Assembly: GCA_951406725.2 (NCBI GenBank)
Contig: OX597837.1
Coordinates: 46,376,001 to 46,440,000 of the forward strand
Origin: Octopus vulgaris
Taxonomy: Eukaryota
Reading direction: 5' to 3'
Length of the DNA stretch: 64,000 nt
Below are positions 39,811-53,375 of this stretch, one piece after another (the stretch's first letter is position 1; the number at the start of each line of letters is the position of its first letter). A program made the position numbers and the translations under genes. Below the pieces are notes generated by a model. It saw only the letters and a list, made by a program, of their open reading frames with translations. It did no database searches and was not told where the DNA came from.

Positions 39811-41810
39811 TACAAGTTAATTCTGTTCTAAATCAATTGTACAATAATTTTCTGTCTGACCTTCATAGCCTCACCCAACAATATGAGACAACTATAATTT
39901 CCTCTCTCACAAGTACTTAGAATTCTCTCTATTTTGGGGGCAGTCAGGTTTAGTACACTCAAATTACACACACACACACACACAGTAACATCTCTCTCTC
40001 TATATATATATATATATGTGTGTATGTGTGAGTATGTGCATAGATTTTCTTGAAACACTGCACCATAAAATATATAGTAAGACTTAATACACACACAGAA
40101 ACACATATGTTCAAATATATGTGTTTGTGTGTATGTGTGTGTAAATAGATAGGTATTATGTGAAAATAAGTTCACATGTAAATCTTTCAGAAAATAATAC
40201 ACCAAATAATACATAATTTATGCAAAAATGCTTGTTTGTGTATTTGAAAGCGTGTATATGTGAATATATGTGTGTGTGTGTGTATTTGCATACAAACACA
40301 GATATATCTATATGAGTTCTATCAATACATACACACATACATATACACATACATATACACATACATAAATATTTACATACACAAATTTAAAAAATTTTTT
40401 TTTTTTTTTTTTAGATCTATATTACCAAACATTATAATTTACAGCCTTCTGATATCAAGCTATAAAATAAGCAACAACAACAACAGCAACAACATAAGAA
40501 GACATGATACGGGGGAATATGGTTCCAAGGAGATTCAAACAAACTCCACACCAAAAAGCTTTCAAGAATACTTCAAAGGAAGAAATTCCTGGTTGAATTA
40601 TTGATAGAGTTTGAAACCTCAAAACGATGATGGTGGTGATGATGATGATCATCATCACCGACCCCACCGCCTCCAGCACCACCTCCAGCACCATCATCAT
40701 CATCATCATCATCATATTGTCTGTGTGTGTCATAAATCACAGGCAATGTAGCATCCCCACCACCCCACCTTCTCCCTTACTCTCTCTTCTCTTCTTACTC
40801 TCCGTGTATTTCCAACCTCACTCCTGCATCAGACTGTTTAATTTATCACCACCCAAAACATGCTCTTTCCTTTGTCACTCTGGCTATTGATCTCCTACCA
40901 TCACCCGGTTTGCTTGCTTATTTATTATACCCTTCTCTCCTTACTCCCCAACCTATCTACGTGTGTGTTTGTGTGTGTGTGATTTCAGTGCTACCTCCAA
41001 ATTTTTTTTTAAATACTTTCATTTTGCTCTCTCTCTCGCAAACACATACACACAAGTTAAGTGTTAGTTCCATGCAAACCACAAGGATTTTCATCTCTCC
41101 CATAGTACTTACTAACTATTACAAAACAAACAATTTTTTTTACCAACAGAGGCCTCAACTACCTTCTTGTTTTTTTTTTATATTTGCTATTAATATATTC
41201 TACAAACTGCTATAACTTCAAAATAGTTCAGCTTTCTCTCTCAGTTGAAAGATCAGACCTACACCATTAGGATTCCTTTCTCCCCATGGCATATAAACTA
41301 CACTGACCAAAGTTTGACAACACAGGCCAACATTAGTTTCCTTGAACTATGCTTTTAGATTTGACTTTTCCTTTTCTTTTTACTTTTTCTTTCGATGAGT
41401 TGCAAGCAGGAATAATACCATAGAGTTGTTGAATCTGCCAAATTTCCCTCAACAAACTTAAATTATTTTGTCACTAAGGATTTGTTACTTCCACATAAAT
41501 TCATGTGGTTTGGATTGTTTTATTAGCATATATGTTTATTTATTGCCGTAAATGAAAGAGATTTTGTGAATTAGTAGAATGATAGATGAACGCCTTGGTG
41601 TATTTAGTTACAATCATTTGTATTCTGAGTTCAATTCTGGCTGAGATCAACTTTGCCTTTCATCCTTCTGTGGTCAATAAAATAAACTGCCGATCAAGTA
41701 CTAGAGTTGCTATAATCAACTGTACCCTCTTGCAAAAATGCATGACTTGATGGCCATCTTAGAAATTACATTCTGCACTCAAATCCATCAAAACAACATT
41801 TTACAAGGTC

Positions 41811-42200
41811 AATAAATAATAATTAGAAATTTAATATTTCTAATTTTGGTGATCAGTGAATAAACTTCACTGAAAATATATATATTTGCGAAGGCTTTAC
41901 AAGCATCTTCAGCTAGCAGGCCATGCTACAGCAGACTGATGATGAGCAAGACTCAGAAACATGTCTCTGGGTGCAGGCCTGGCTGTTGAGGGTGCTTCTC
42001 TCCCCTTCGTAAATATAAGGACACAGGAAATGTGTCAAAGCCAACAGGAAGCATCGATGCTTCCTAGGGTTAAATAGTGGTGGTGTGATTCCCTTTATAG
42101 GCCTGTCACGTTAAGTTGACAGTATACAACCGCTCTATCATTCTACCACCACTCATATCTCTCTGAGATATCTAGAAATTTAATATTTCTAATAAATAAT
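41811..42200 (+). mobile_element. Retrozyme / Penelope-like non-autonomous element (~349-bp unit) carrying the hammerhead
   Basis: 21-bp terminal direct repeat tagaaatttaatatttctaat (41824-41844 and 42173-42193), flanking aataaataat duplication, no ORF, many internal stems. Confidence 0.6.
41932..41969 (+). ncRNA. Type I (minimal) hammerhead ribozyme
   Basis: CAGA-CUGAUGA-UGAG(caaga)CUCA-GAAA-CAUG-UC-UCUG: intact core, 4-bp stem II, palindromic minimal stem III, GUC cleavage triplet, and stem I CAGA/UCUG extended by further helices. Confidence 0.8.
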
Positions 42201-42440
42201 CTGTCAAGTTAGAAATGTTGAACCTTGTAGGCTGGATTGAAGCATAAATTAGATCTTGTGCAAAAGATGAAGGCCAGCATTCATAATGTAAGCCAATGGA
42301 TAAAGCACTCATTATACATTATGATAATTTTATTAACAATAAAGAAAGGAAAACATATGAGGTGTTTTAACATAGTTTGTATACAGAGATACATAGGTAA
42401 AATTCATCTATAGGTTATATGTGTATGAGGGTGTATGATA

Positions 42441-42481
<41 letters not shown>

Positions 42482-42699
42482 ATGGATGGATGGATGGATG
42501 GATTCACATTACCATTTTTCTGAATCATCCATTGACTCATATGGTAAATACTATATACTGACAGGTAGGATTTAGCATAACCATTAGAACACTTTATATA
42601 GTAATATCAAGTCGGTAGTTCAGGTGAACGGTTTCTTTTCAGAGCCATTCAGTACTGAATGCTCGGTTCATCAAGGTTGTCCACTTTTGCATTGACTCT

Positions 42700-43050
42700 C
42701 TCCAGATAGAGAAGAATTCAAGCGAGGTTACAAGCAGGGTGGCATCCATTAGTCAGATGTGATCTGGGTAGAGGCTATCCCTGAAAGGGAGGGCAGAGGT
42801 GGCAAATGTGATTATAGCATCTGTCATTGCCTACTGCCTAACCATCGTGCCGTGCTCTGATTAATGTCTAAACAAGTTAGAATGCATGCTCTTTCACTTC
42901 TTATGAGAGGGTAGGCGGCCTCCTGTAAAGCGCTCTATCTGCTGCCAACAGCCACAAAAGGGTGGGTTAGGGATGCCATGGCTAAAGATACACAGGCATG
43001 TGCTGAGGTTGAGGCATCTCTGGCTCTACCTGGAAGGTGAGCAGGTGTAG
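42700..43050 (+). mobile_element. Tx1/L1-like ORF2 fragment
   Basis: RLSLKGRAEVANVIIASVIAYCLTIVPC...LNKLECMLFHFL*EG...ICCQQPQKGGLGMP. Confidence 0.8.
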
Positions 43051-43479
43051 TCAACCTGGAGCTATGATAGAAGACACTTGCCTAGGTGGCATGCAATAGA
43101 ACTGAAACTGAAACCTCATGGTTGAGAAGTAAGCTTTTTAACCACATAGTTATGCTTGCATCCATGTATGTGTATCTATGTATGTCTGTGTGTGTGTATT
43201 CATATACACGTATTAGTGGATAGATGGATGTATGAATGTACAGGTATAAAATATAAAATGTCTAAATTCACTCAGAGTTGTTTTAACTTATCACATATTG
43301 CATCTATATTTATAACGAAAGCAATCAATACTTTGTCCCTGTGGCACATTAGACATATTTACTTCCATGTATCTGAGAAGGTGGGAGTTCCTGGCAGATT
43401 ATGCTACTTATTGAAACTAAAATGGTACATCAGAAGCAGAAAGAAGGAAAAACAGAACAGTCAAAATTCAAAGTAACTA

Positions 43480-43835
43480 TTTTCTGTTGCTGCGAAATAG
43501 CAACACACATTTCTATTTGATATTAGTAATTAAAGCTTATCTTTGACAATTAAACACTAGTTCGTGCAGCCATTTTGGTTTTCTTTTTGGAATATTGTTG
43601 CTCATTCCATTATTCCTTTATGCCAATATTGTATAACATTTTTTTTTAAACCTGTTTGTTTGAATTTGATAGAGCAATTTTCAATAAGCAGTCCAAAGGT
43701 TTCAATTAAAAGGAAAGGTGCAAGAGTGTCCCCTTTAAGTAGTCCTGCAAGAATCTCAAAGAAATTTGTGTCACCATCAGATAATAAAACCTGAGCAACA
43801 AGATTTCATGTTTTATTCTTTGATGATGATACATA
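43480..43835 (-). mobile_element. Decayed RTE-like RT fragment
   Basis: Minus strand ILAGLLKGDTLAPFL resembles GVLQGDTLAPFLF. Confidence 0.5.
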
Positions 43836-43894
43836 TTCCTTTTAGATTTTATAATAATAATGATAATAATAATAATAATGATAATAATGATAAT

Positions 43895-44090
43895 AGACAA
43901 TACAAAGAGCATGATGTGATTGCAATAGATATTTTACTGGTTGAACGATATTTTGACAGCAAGCGTGTCTTTGTTGAGTTCAAAATAAAAAGTGATAAAA
44001 ATTCGAAATAATAGAAATTCAAATCTTTTAGAAATATCGTTCAACCAATAAAATATCTATTAAAATTGTATCGCGCTCTGTATCTTGTCT
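43895..44090. mobile_element. Small MITE-like element with ~58-bp imperfect TIRs
   Basis: aatagatattttactggttgaacgatattt is mirrored by aaatatcgttcaaccaataaaatatctatt. Confidence 0.6.
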
Positions 44091-45262
44091 GTTTACCTTT
44101 GTGAAGAGTTACATCCATCCTTTTAAAATATTATTATAATAATAATAAGCTGGCAGAATTATTAGCACATAGGGCAAAATGCTTAGCAGCATTTTGTCCA
44201 GCTTTGCACATACTGTATTCAAATTTCCACTGAGGTCATCTTTGCCTTTTGTCCTTTCAGAGTCAATAACAAAGTACCAGTCAAGCATTAGGGTGGATGT
44301 AATCAACAAGGACCCTCCCGACAAATTTCTGGCCTTGTGCCTTTAGTAGAAAGAAATCATTGTTGTTGTTATTACTATTATTATTATTATTATTAAGCCA
44401 GCAACCTGGCAGAATCATTACTGCACCAGACAAAATGCTTCGTGGCATTTCTTCTGGCTCTTTACCATCTGAGTTCAAATGCCACAGAGGTCAACTTTAC
44501 TTTTTATCCTTTCAGAATCAATAAAATAGCAGCAGTCAAGTTCTGGGGTCGGTGTAATTGACTTTTGCCCCTCCCTTCAAAATTTCAGGCCTTGTGCCTT
44601 TAATAGAAAGGATCATTATTATGTGATGGCAGCGTAGTCGCAGAAACAATAAAAAGTTAGACAAAACACCTAAAAGTACTTAGAATTTAGTTTCTTAATT
44701 ATATATGTTTGAAGTTCGAATTTTGGCAGGAAATTAATTATATTTTTCATTCTGCCAGAGTCGATAAAATCAGTACCAGTAATACAGAAAGAATCAAACA
44801 ACCATACATCCTCCTCCACTTTGAAAATTGGCAATGCTGCTGTGGAAGAAATCAATATTTGCATAGTAGTCATAGAATATCGATACTACTAGCTTCAAAC
44901 CTCAAAGATATCAGGATTCTAAGATGAGAGATAAGTGGAAATCAGTACCAATAACTTTTAGTTATCCTTCAATAAATAAATCATGAAAAGAAATGAAGAA
45001 TTTTGGTACAACTCATGAGTTGCTTGAAATGGAATCAAAATATTGGTGGGGTGGGGAAAAGACGCCAGGGGAAACTAATTGTTGTTTCTGGCAGCAATTT
45101 TTTATTTAAATTTTATTTTTTGTCTGATGCCATGATAAAATGCATTAGTACACAGTATACTCTATGAAATGGTTGGTGAATGAGCAGAGAGAATGTAAGA
45201 TGAAGAGAATCCTTTGAATTTACTGAAGAATCTGACCACCTTTCCAGTGTTGGTATCATAAC

Positions 45263-45625
45263 AACATTTGCGTCCCCAAAATCCATCCCCTCCTCACCGT
45301 GGTGCGGATGCTGGCAACAGGTAGTGTCAGAGCTATGCCGTCGGGGACTTCAGTTCCTGATAAGGCCACCCAAGGCGGATTGGTCTGACACCGAGTGGTA
45401 TTAGGGCCACAACCCGGCAGACGGGGCTCTGGTGAAAATCCTCGGAGTGTCTGTTTCGGCAACCGGTGGTTCCTCGGTCGTTCTGTCCCTGCGTCTACGG
45501 ACAATCTGCGGCAAACAGGATGTCTCTACATGTAGGATTGTTGGGGACCGCTTGTGAAATCCACATATTCCTACAAAACATCTTCCATGGTAGAAGCCGA
45601 TTCAACCCTCCCAGGGTGAATGTTG
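45263..45625 (+). mobile_element. RTE-clade 5' UTR fragment (GC/CpG-rich)
   Basis: cctcaccgtggtg...gagctatgccgtcgggg...ggccacccaaggcggattggtc resembles the conserved 5' leader of RTE elements (BovB/Expander type). Confidence 0.6.
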
Positions 45626-46829
45626 CCACAAGTACAAGTAGTAAGTACATAACAACATTCATCCACAGGACACTGTAAAGTGGTGTGGGTTAAGAAGAGC
45701 ATCCGGCCATAGAAACCATGCCAAAATAGGAATTTAGAAACAAGTTATGTTCCTTGACCTAACTATGGAGAGAGTAACAGCAAATAAGAAATGATAGAGG
45801 CAGTGATAATTTGTGCCACCCATGCTGGTATGGAAAGCAGATGTAAGACAATGATGACAACGAATGTGAAAGTGTAACATTTTTTAAAGTGTGAATGCCA
45901 ATAGGACAAAAAAGTTTCTGATGTTTTTGAACTAAGCCTTTACTGGAGAGAGATAAATTATATACTTCAACTATAAAACCATGGCAGTAAGAAAGAATTA
46001 GACTGTCTGTGAAGATGTGAGAGATGGATGGTGGGAAAGAGGAAAAGAAAAAAAGGGGGGAAATAAAGGAGACTGGGGCTAGGGTGGAAAAGAAGCAGTA
46101 AACAGTGATTGTAAAAATAGACCCAATATAATCAAAATTTAGAAATGATATGGTACAAGATGGATGTGAGATCAGTGAAATTTGGGAAAAGTCACAGAAA
46201 GATATTTGTCATCTTTTGTTCCATTTTCAGTTTTGATTTCTTTCTTACTCCAACTTTTCAAACTAAAAATTCACTGATCTGGCCACCACACATTATTACT
46301 GAATGTAACCATTTTTGCTTTCACCAATTCATTCACAGTCATTTTTTATTCTTTCTTTCCATTTCAATTTAACATCTGAACTAAGTTTTGATGAATTTAG
46401 TTTTGATATAAACTTCATCTTAGACTAGTGAAAAATATTTCTTAAACAACTTCATGTCATCCATTTTCGGTCCAGGTGACTCAGTTAGCAGTGATGAGTT
46501 GAGAGTTGAAACATACTTGCACTGAGAAGCAGTTTAGACTGTTGGGAAATATGGGGATGTGTAGTGGGATTACCATAATTATGCAACAAATGGATGATCT
46601 GACAATCTGATATAGCAATGGCTAGACAAAGACTGGGTCTGGAGCTGAGTAGGAGGCCAAGGGTATTTGAAATATAAATAGCTAAGTAAGTGTTTGGCTA
46701 TCAAACATTTTGATTCTTCTTCAATGAGTTCTAGAAAGCACATCTGGACACGGATGGTGCACATGCATTATTAGTAGATATAGTAGTGTTCACTCAAGTA
46801 TAGTATCCACCACTGATGACCAAGTCTGG

Positions 46830-47060
46830 CAGTGCAGGCTGCAGTGGTTTGGTTATGTCTGCAAGGTGAGCACCGGAAGACTACCACACCAACTTTTGGG
46901 GAGGCAGTGACCCATGCACTGGAGAATCCAGGACAGCACACCAAAGAAGACATGAGCAAAACAAATTGAGGAAGACGTGAAGTCACAGGGCCTCAACCTT
47001 GAGCATGCTAAAGCTAGCACCATGGATAGGAAAGCATGGAATAATGTCATCACCAGAGTC
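46830..47060 (+). mobile_element. RTE C-terminal fragment
   Basis: RLQWFGYVCK...RLPHQLL...PKKT*AKQIEEDVKSQGL...MDRKAWNNVI. Confidence 0.7.
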
Positions 47061-49586
47061 CATCATCCAGTGACATCCACAGCCGTATATTGGTTGAGAG
47101 GACAGCCTCCTCCTCTGCTTGCCAGCCAGGGAGTTTACTTTTTACTTTACTTTAAGTGTAAGATTAGCAGATGTCCAAGGTTAAAATATTTTCCGACCTT
47201 GAGAAAATTTAATCTTTGTGATGTGGTCCTGCCTATTTGAACAATACACAAAAAGTATTTGCAGATTGTTAAGTCAAACATTTGTGATGAGTGTGCTAAA
47301 TATTTTACCAAATATAAATGTTGTTTTTTTTTAAAATCCTCAAGGCACTTCTAAGATCCATTGTCCTGACTCTGGTTTCATATTCAATGAATGAAAGACA
47401 CATTTTCCCTCTGAATAAAACATATTGGTCTTTCTCAAATAACATTTTCACATGATTTGGTTCCCATTCCTGATAGCAAGGTTAAGTAGGGGATGTAGAA
47501 TCAAATGCCCCAATTAAATGTTCAGTTGCAGGGAATACAAATTCAATATATTTGATATAATATCAACTTCATTCTACTTCCTGTCAGTTATATTTATCAA
47601 AGAAAGTAAAAGAATTCACACCAGGTTTTGCTAAGTTCCACTGCTATGGAGAGTATAGAATCTTTAAGCAGACAGAATATTTGGAGATAACTTGTAATCA
47701 TTTTAAATGAAATTATCAATAAGAAATATTTGGTTTGTGTCAATGATATAATTCCAAAACAAACACAACACCTAATTGAAAATAAATGTTTAATTTTTAT
47801 CATCTGTTAATTATTGTTGGCGTTAGGAAGGGCATCCAGCTGTAGAAACACTGCCAGATCAGACTGGGCTTGGTGCAGCCTCCTGGCTTCCCAGACCCCA
47901 GTCAAACTGTCCAACCCATGCTAGCATGGAAAACGGATACTAAACAATGATGATGATGATGATCTTCTACACAAAGTTGATGAAAATAATGACAGGAAAT
48001 ACAGGTGGGGTGGGGGACTATGGTAACTTATGAATAATGTAGTAAGGCATTTTTGACTAATTTAGTCAAAGAAACCATAATCCTTTATCTTTTAAAATTC
48101 AGGTCCTCTTTGACAAGGGAGAAAGTTATACCCAGACTGGAAACCTAGTCTGAATGTTCACAACAAGGTGGACTCTGTTAAAGGCATCCAATGACAAAGT
48201 GGTTGTACTAAACCTGGTAACAGATTAAATCTACCATCAAGAACAGGAATGGCAATCCTTTTGATGGCCTCCTATACAGTTTCCGCCAACTCATAAGGTT
48301 TTAGTTGGTCGAACTGAGGCTGTGGTAGAAAACACTTGTTTGAGGTATTGTGCAGTGGAATTGAACCCAAAACCACATAACCATTTAACGGTACTTCTCA
48401 ACAGATCAAAATTCATAACAAAAATCCAAAATGTTAAATTTATATTTAAATTACTTCTTCCTCTTCATCTTCATCTTGTCACATGCTACGAAAGAAACAA
48501 AGCAGCACAAGACTTTTAAATCCAAATAATCCTTGCTAATCCTCTTTTGAAAGTTGTGTCTCAGCATGGTCACAGAACAAGAATATCAATCTAAAGCCTT
48601 ATCTATCAATGCTTTGCACAGTTATTCACAACTACCATCACTGTCACCATAACCACAGCTATCACCATCATCATCATCACCACACTTCAATGCCTACTTT
48701 CTTTATTCAACACAAAATACCATTGTCTCTTCGAAATATCTCGTCTTTCCCAGTAAACCCCTAATATTCTCATCACACTGAGCCCATCAGTTCTCCCCAC
48801 CTTAGTGTACGATCAAACCAAACATTATTGTCATTATTATTATTTTGGCTTGTACCCATCGATTTTGCAGGCCCTCTCATGAGGTAGTGGTGATGATGGT
48901 GCTGGTGGTGGTGGTATGATTATTATGATTTCATCCGTCTTTACGTTCTGAGTTCAAATTCTGCTGAGGTTGGCCTTGCCTTTGATATCTTCGAGGAGGA
49001 TAAAATAAATGTCAGTTGAGCACTGGGGTTGATGGAATCAACTTACCCCACCCCAAAATCGCTGGTCTTGTGCCAGAATTTGGAAACATTGTTGTTATTA
49101 TCACCACTACCAACATGGTTAATGTACCCCTTACATAGTTTTGCAAGATGACAGTCACAAGAAAAAAACACGGACATAGATAGAGTATAGAACAAACCTC
49201 ATAAAGAACTTCATTCAAAGAGCAACAATTCTTCTGTTTAAACACATGCATTATTATCTATACTATAAATTGTAAAAGCTATCACTACTATCAATACTGT
49301 ACTATAAACTGTATGATTACAACCATTCTATACAACTACTACTAAAATCAATAATAATAATAATAATAATCCTTCCAACAAAAGGCACAAGGCCTGAAAT
49401 TCTTTCTTTGGTGGTGAGATAGTCAATTATATCGATCTTAGTGTTTCGCTGGTACTTATTTTATCTGCACTGAAAGGATGAAAGTCAAAGTCATCCCTGG
49501 GGGAATTTGAACTCAGAATGTGTAGACAGATGAAATGCTGCTAAGCATTTTGCCCAGTGTGCTAACGATTCTACCAGCTGGCTGCC

Positions 49587-49621
<35 letters not shown>

Positions 49622-52600
49622 CCTTTCTACTAAAGGCACAAGACCTGAAATCTGAGGGTGTAGACTAGTCAATTACATTGACCCCAGTGTTTCACGGGTA
49701 CTTAATATATCAACCCTGAAAGAATGAAGGGCAAAGATGACCTCAGCAAAATTTGAACTCAGAACGTAGTGGCAGACGAAAAACTGCTAAACATTTTGCC
49801 CGGCATGCTAATAATTCTGCCAGGTCGCCGCCTTAATAATAATAACAATGTCTCCAAATTCTGGCACAAGACCAGCGATTTTGAGGGTGGGGTAAGTTGA
49901 TTACATCAACCCCCAGGGCTCAACTGATATTTATTTTATCCACCTCGAAGATATCAAAGGGCTAAGTCAACCCCAGCAGAATTTGAACTCAGAACGTAAA
50001 GACGGATGAAATCATAATAATCCTACCACCACCATCATCACCACCACTACCAACAACACCACTGGTATTTCCACCATCACCACTGCTATACCAGTTCACT
50101 TGACAGCTCCACACTTCTCAATACATGATATTGCCATAGTTTCTTCACTTATTGATTATTAGTATCTATCTGTCTATCTACTACTACTACTACAGTGATG
50201 CATCTGCTCCCACTACCACCACCACTACATTACTTACTACAAGCACCTCCTACCACCAATACCAACACCATGTTACATGTAAGTAGTATTTGCACCCACA
50301 AAAACCCACCATCCCCCACCAACACCACAGTGCATACTAAAAGCACCAGCTCTTACCACTATAATACATAATAGCAATATCTGCCACCACCACCACCACC
50401 ACCACCATCATAAGCACTACTAACCAACAAGGGAACTCAACCAGTTGGTAATAACAGCTAAATCTCCCTCAAATCATCCACCACTACCAACTAAGGAAAG
50501 GACACATCAGATAATTTGGTCCTAGGTTCTCTGCACAAAAGAAAAAAAAAATGGGATTGTCATGGTGGGATGCCTTTAATCTGGGGCTAAACAACAGCAC
50601 CACCACAATCACCAGACTCTACCAGTATCCTACATTTTGCTCACACCAACATCAGGACCAACCCAGATGCCATGCACCGACCACACACAGGTTGCAGCAG
50701 TCATGTGCTTTCTTCCTACACATAGTAATAAAACAACTTCATTCATGCACTGGTGCCAGGCAAACAGACAGAGCTGTGAGAGTATTACATAGAATGCTTT
50801 GCAGTGTTTGTTTTGAACAATTGTGCTCTGAGTTCAAATCCTGCCAACGTCAACCTTACCTTTCATCTTTTCAGGGTCAATTAAAAAGTACCAATCCAGA
50901 GTAGTGGATTGATGGAACTGTCAGAGGGTTGGATGAGATGCATTTGCAGCGTCTGTTCTGATTTGTTCTGACAGCTACCCCTGTGATGTCACTAATGCTG
51001 AGCTGTATTGGCCCAACTCAGTGGCCTTCTCTTTAGAGAGATAACATGGACAACTGCTAGCTTCCTCAAAAACCTTGCCTAGGCCATCACTTGTATGTGC
51101 AGATGTATGACTGACACTGACTGATGGAGGCCCATCTGTAATAAAAGAGTATTGCTGATTAAAAATTTATATGATCTGCTGCTTAGGTCCATAAGTTCAA
51201 TTCATGGCTCAGGAGATACATTATATCCTTGAACAATGCACTTCATTTCATGTTGCTACAGACACAGCTGAAAATAATTACCCGTGCAACAACCAGGAGT
51301 GAATTTTGCATCAGATTGTCTCTCATTCATCTTGTACTTTTAATCATTTAAACACTATAAAAGCTGAGATAAACTCAAGTCTTATGAGACGTACATGTTT
51401 TTGTGCTCAGGCTGAGACAGTTCGTGCAGGGCTCAAAAGCCTTTATTCACAATGATGCAACCAAGTAAGATTGGCTTCAAATTTTGGCACAAGGTCAGCA
51501 ACTTTGTGGGATGGGATAAGTCAATTACATCAATCCCAATTTGTTCGACTACAGCCCTTCAAGGTGGTGCCCCAGTATGGCTGTAGTCAAATGACTGAAA
51601 CAAATAAAAAAATAAAAGATATGCAACATATATTAAATTCATGCTTAAGATTTAAACAATTTCTTTTCCAAATTGGAATTAATAGACATCATCAGGGTCA
51701 GTTTTAAATTTGATTCTGGGTAAAATTTTGGCTGAGTGAGAAAGGTACTTCTTTGACTGACTCTTCAAATATTTATTTTGCAGTAGATACTAGTTTAAGA
51801 AACTAAACCAAACTAAAGAAGCCACTGTTTTTTTCCCCCTCTTCTCTTATTTTTCTATCTCTTTTACTATTTTACACTTTCTTGCTTTCTCTCTTTTTCC
51901 AACACTCTTCATTTCTTCTGACATTGATATATATATTCTACAGTAACTTTGTCTATTCACCAGGGATTCATAAACTGTTACAAACTGCCAACAAACCTCT
52001 TTTCCCTCCCTTATCTCTTCTAGATTCCCCAGACTATTTGAACTTTCATCGACCTCAATCACATGAATAAATTAAACACATGTGCATGCACACAGACACA
52101 CACACAACGTTTAACGAATACACATGCTTCATCCTCATCTCTTTTCCTCACACAGACATCCACAAATAATATCAGAATTTATGAGCAGAACCTAACTGGG
52201 TAATAGCATAAATGAATTTGTTGTATCTCTGGAGGGTCATCACGCCAATAATAAACACATGCACTGGTTCAGTTTAACTTTATAAATTATTTGTCAATTG
52301 GTTAATTAGCCAATTAATTAATCTATCATTTGATTAATCATTCAGTCAATCAGTTGTGTTCGTTAAAGTCCTTCATTGCTATTTGCAACCTCTTCAATGA
52401 CATCTCAACTCACAATTGGTTAGCTATTTAACCACCTAACGAATCAGTTGATTGATTATTATTGGTATAACGACCCTCCCTGCAACAGAATCTGTTTCTC
52501 CGAAAGAGAAGTGTTTTTCAATGATGAAAAACAACATATTAAGTGTGAATGGATAATTTATTAATTAAATTCAGGATTCTATGTTTGGTACAAGGTCAGA

Positions 52601-53375
52601 AATTTCTTATAGGAGATGTACTTAATGAATAAATGCACCTCTGTTTTAAATGAAAGCTGACCCCAGAAGTATTTGAATTCAGAAGGTCCATGCAAGCCAT
52701 ATTATGCATAGTGCTCTATGGGTGGTTGTTAATAGAAAGGGAGGAAACTATTGCCTCTCAATCTGAGGTGGGATTAGAAACTTGAATTTGAAATCAAAGT
52801 ATATGAAAATAATCAAAGTTCACATCTACAAATAATATCACAACTGAAGTGGTAAAACCAAATCCTGCATGGAATCTTGTCAGTTAATGCTACCAATTCT
52901 GCCACTGAACAGTCTATAAGAATTAAATTGAAGAATATCTTAACATAAACACAAGGTCCCAGATTTTAAAAGAGAACCATAAACTGGTACCAAAGGAGAA
53001 TGAAAGGCAAGGTTGTACTAAACATGGATTTTACTGAACATGGCTGACAAAGTTGGGTCGCTGTAATCAAGTTTATTTTAAGAGGCAGTGCCCCAGCATG
53101 GTCACAAGCCGAACAAGGGAACATGTAAAAGAAACAATAGAATTTAGATATGTGTGTCATGTGTGTGTGTGTTTATATATATATATTATCGTGGCACTTA
53201 AAAAGCATCCACTACACTCATGGAGTGGTTGGCGTTAGGAAGGGCATCCAGCTGTAGAAACTCTGCCAGATCTGACTGGAGCCTGGTGCGGCCGTCTGGT
53301 TCGCCAGCTCTCAGTCAAAATCATCCAACCCATGCTAGCATGGAAGGCAGATGTTAGACGACGATGATGATGATA

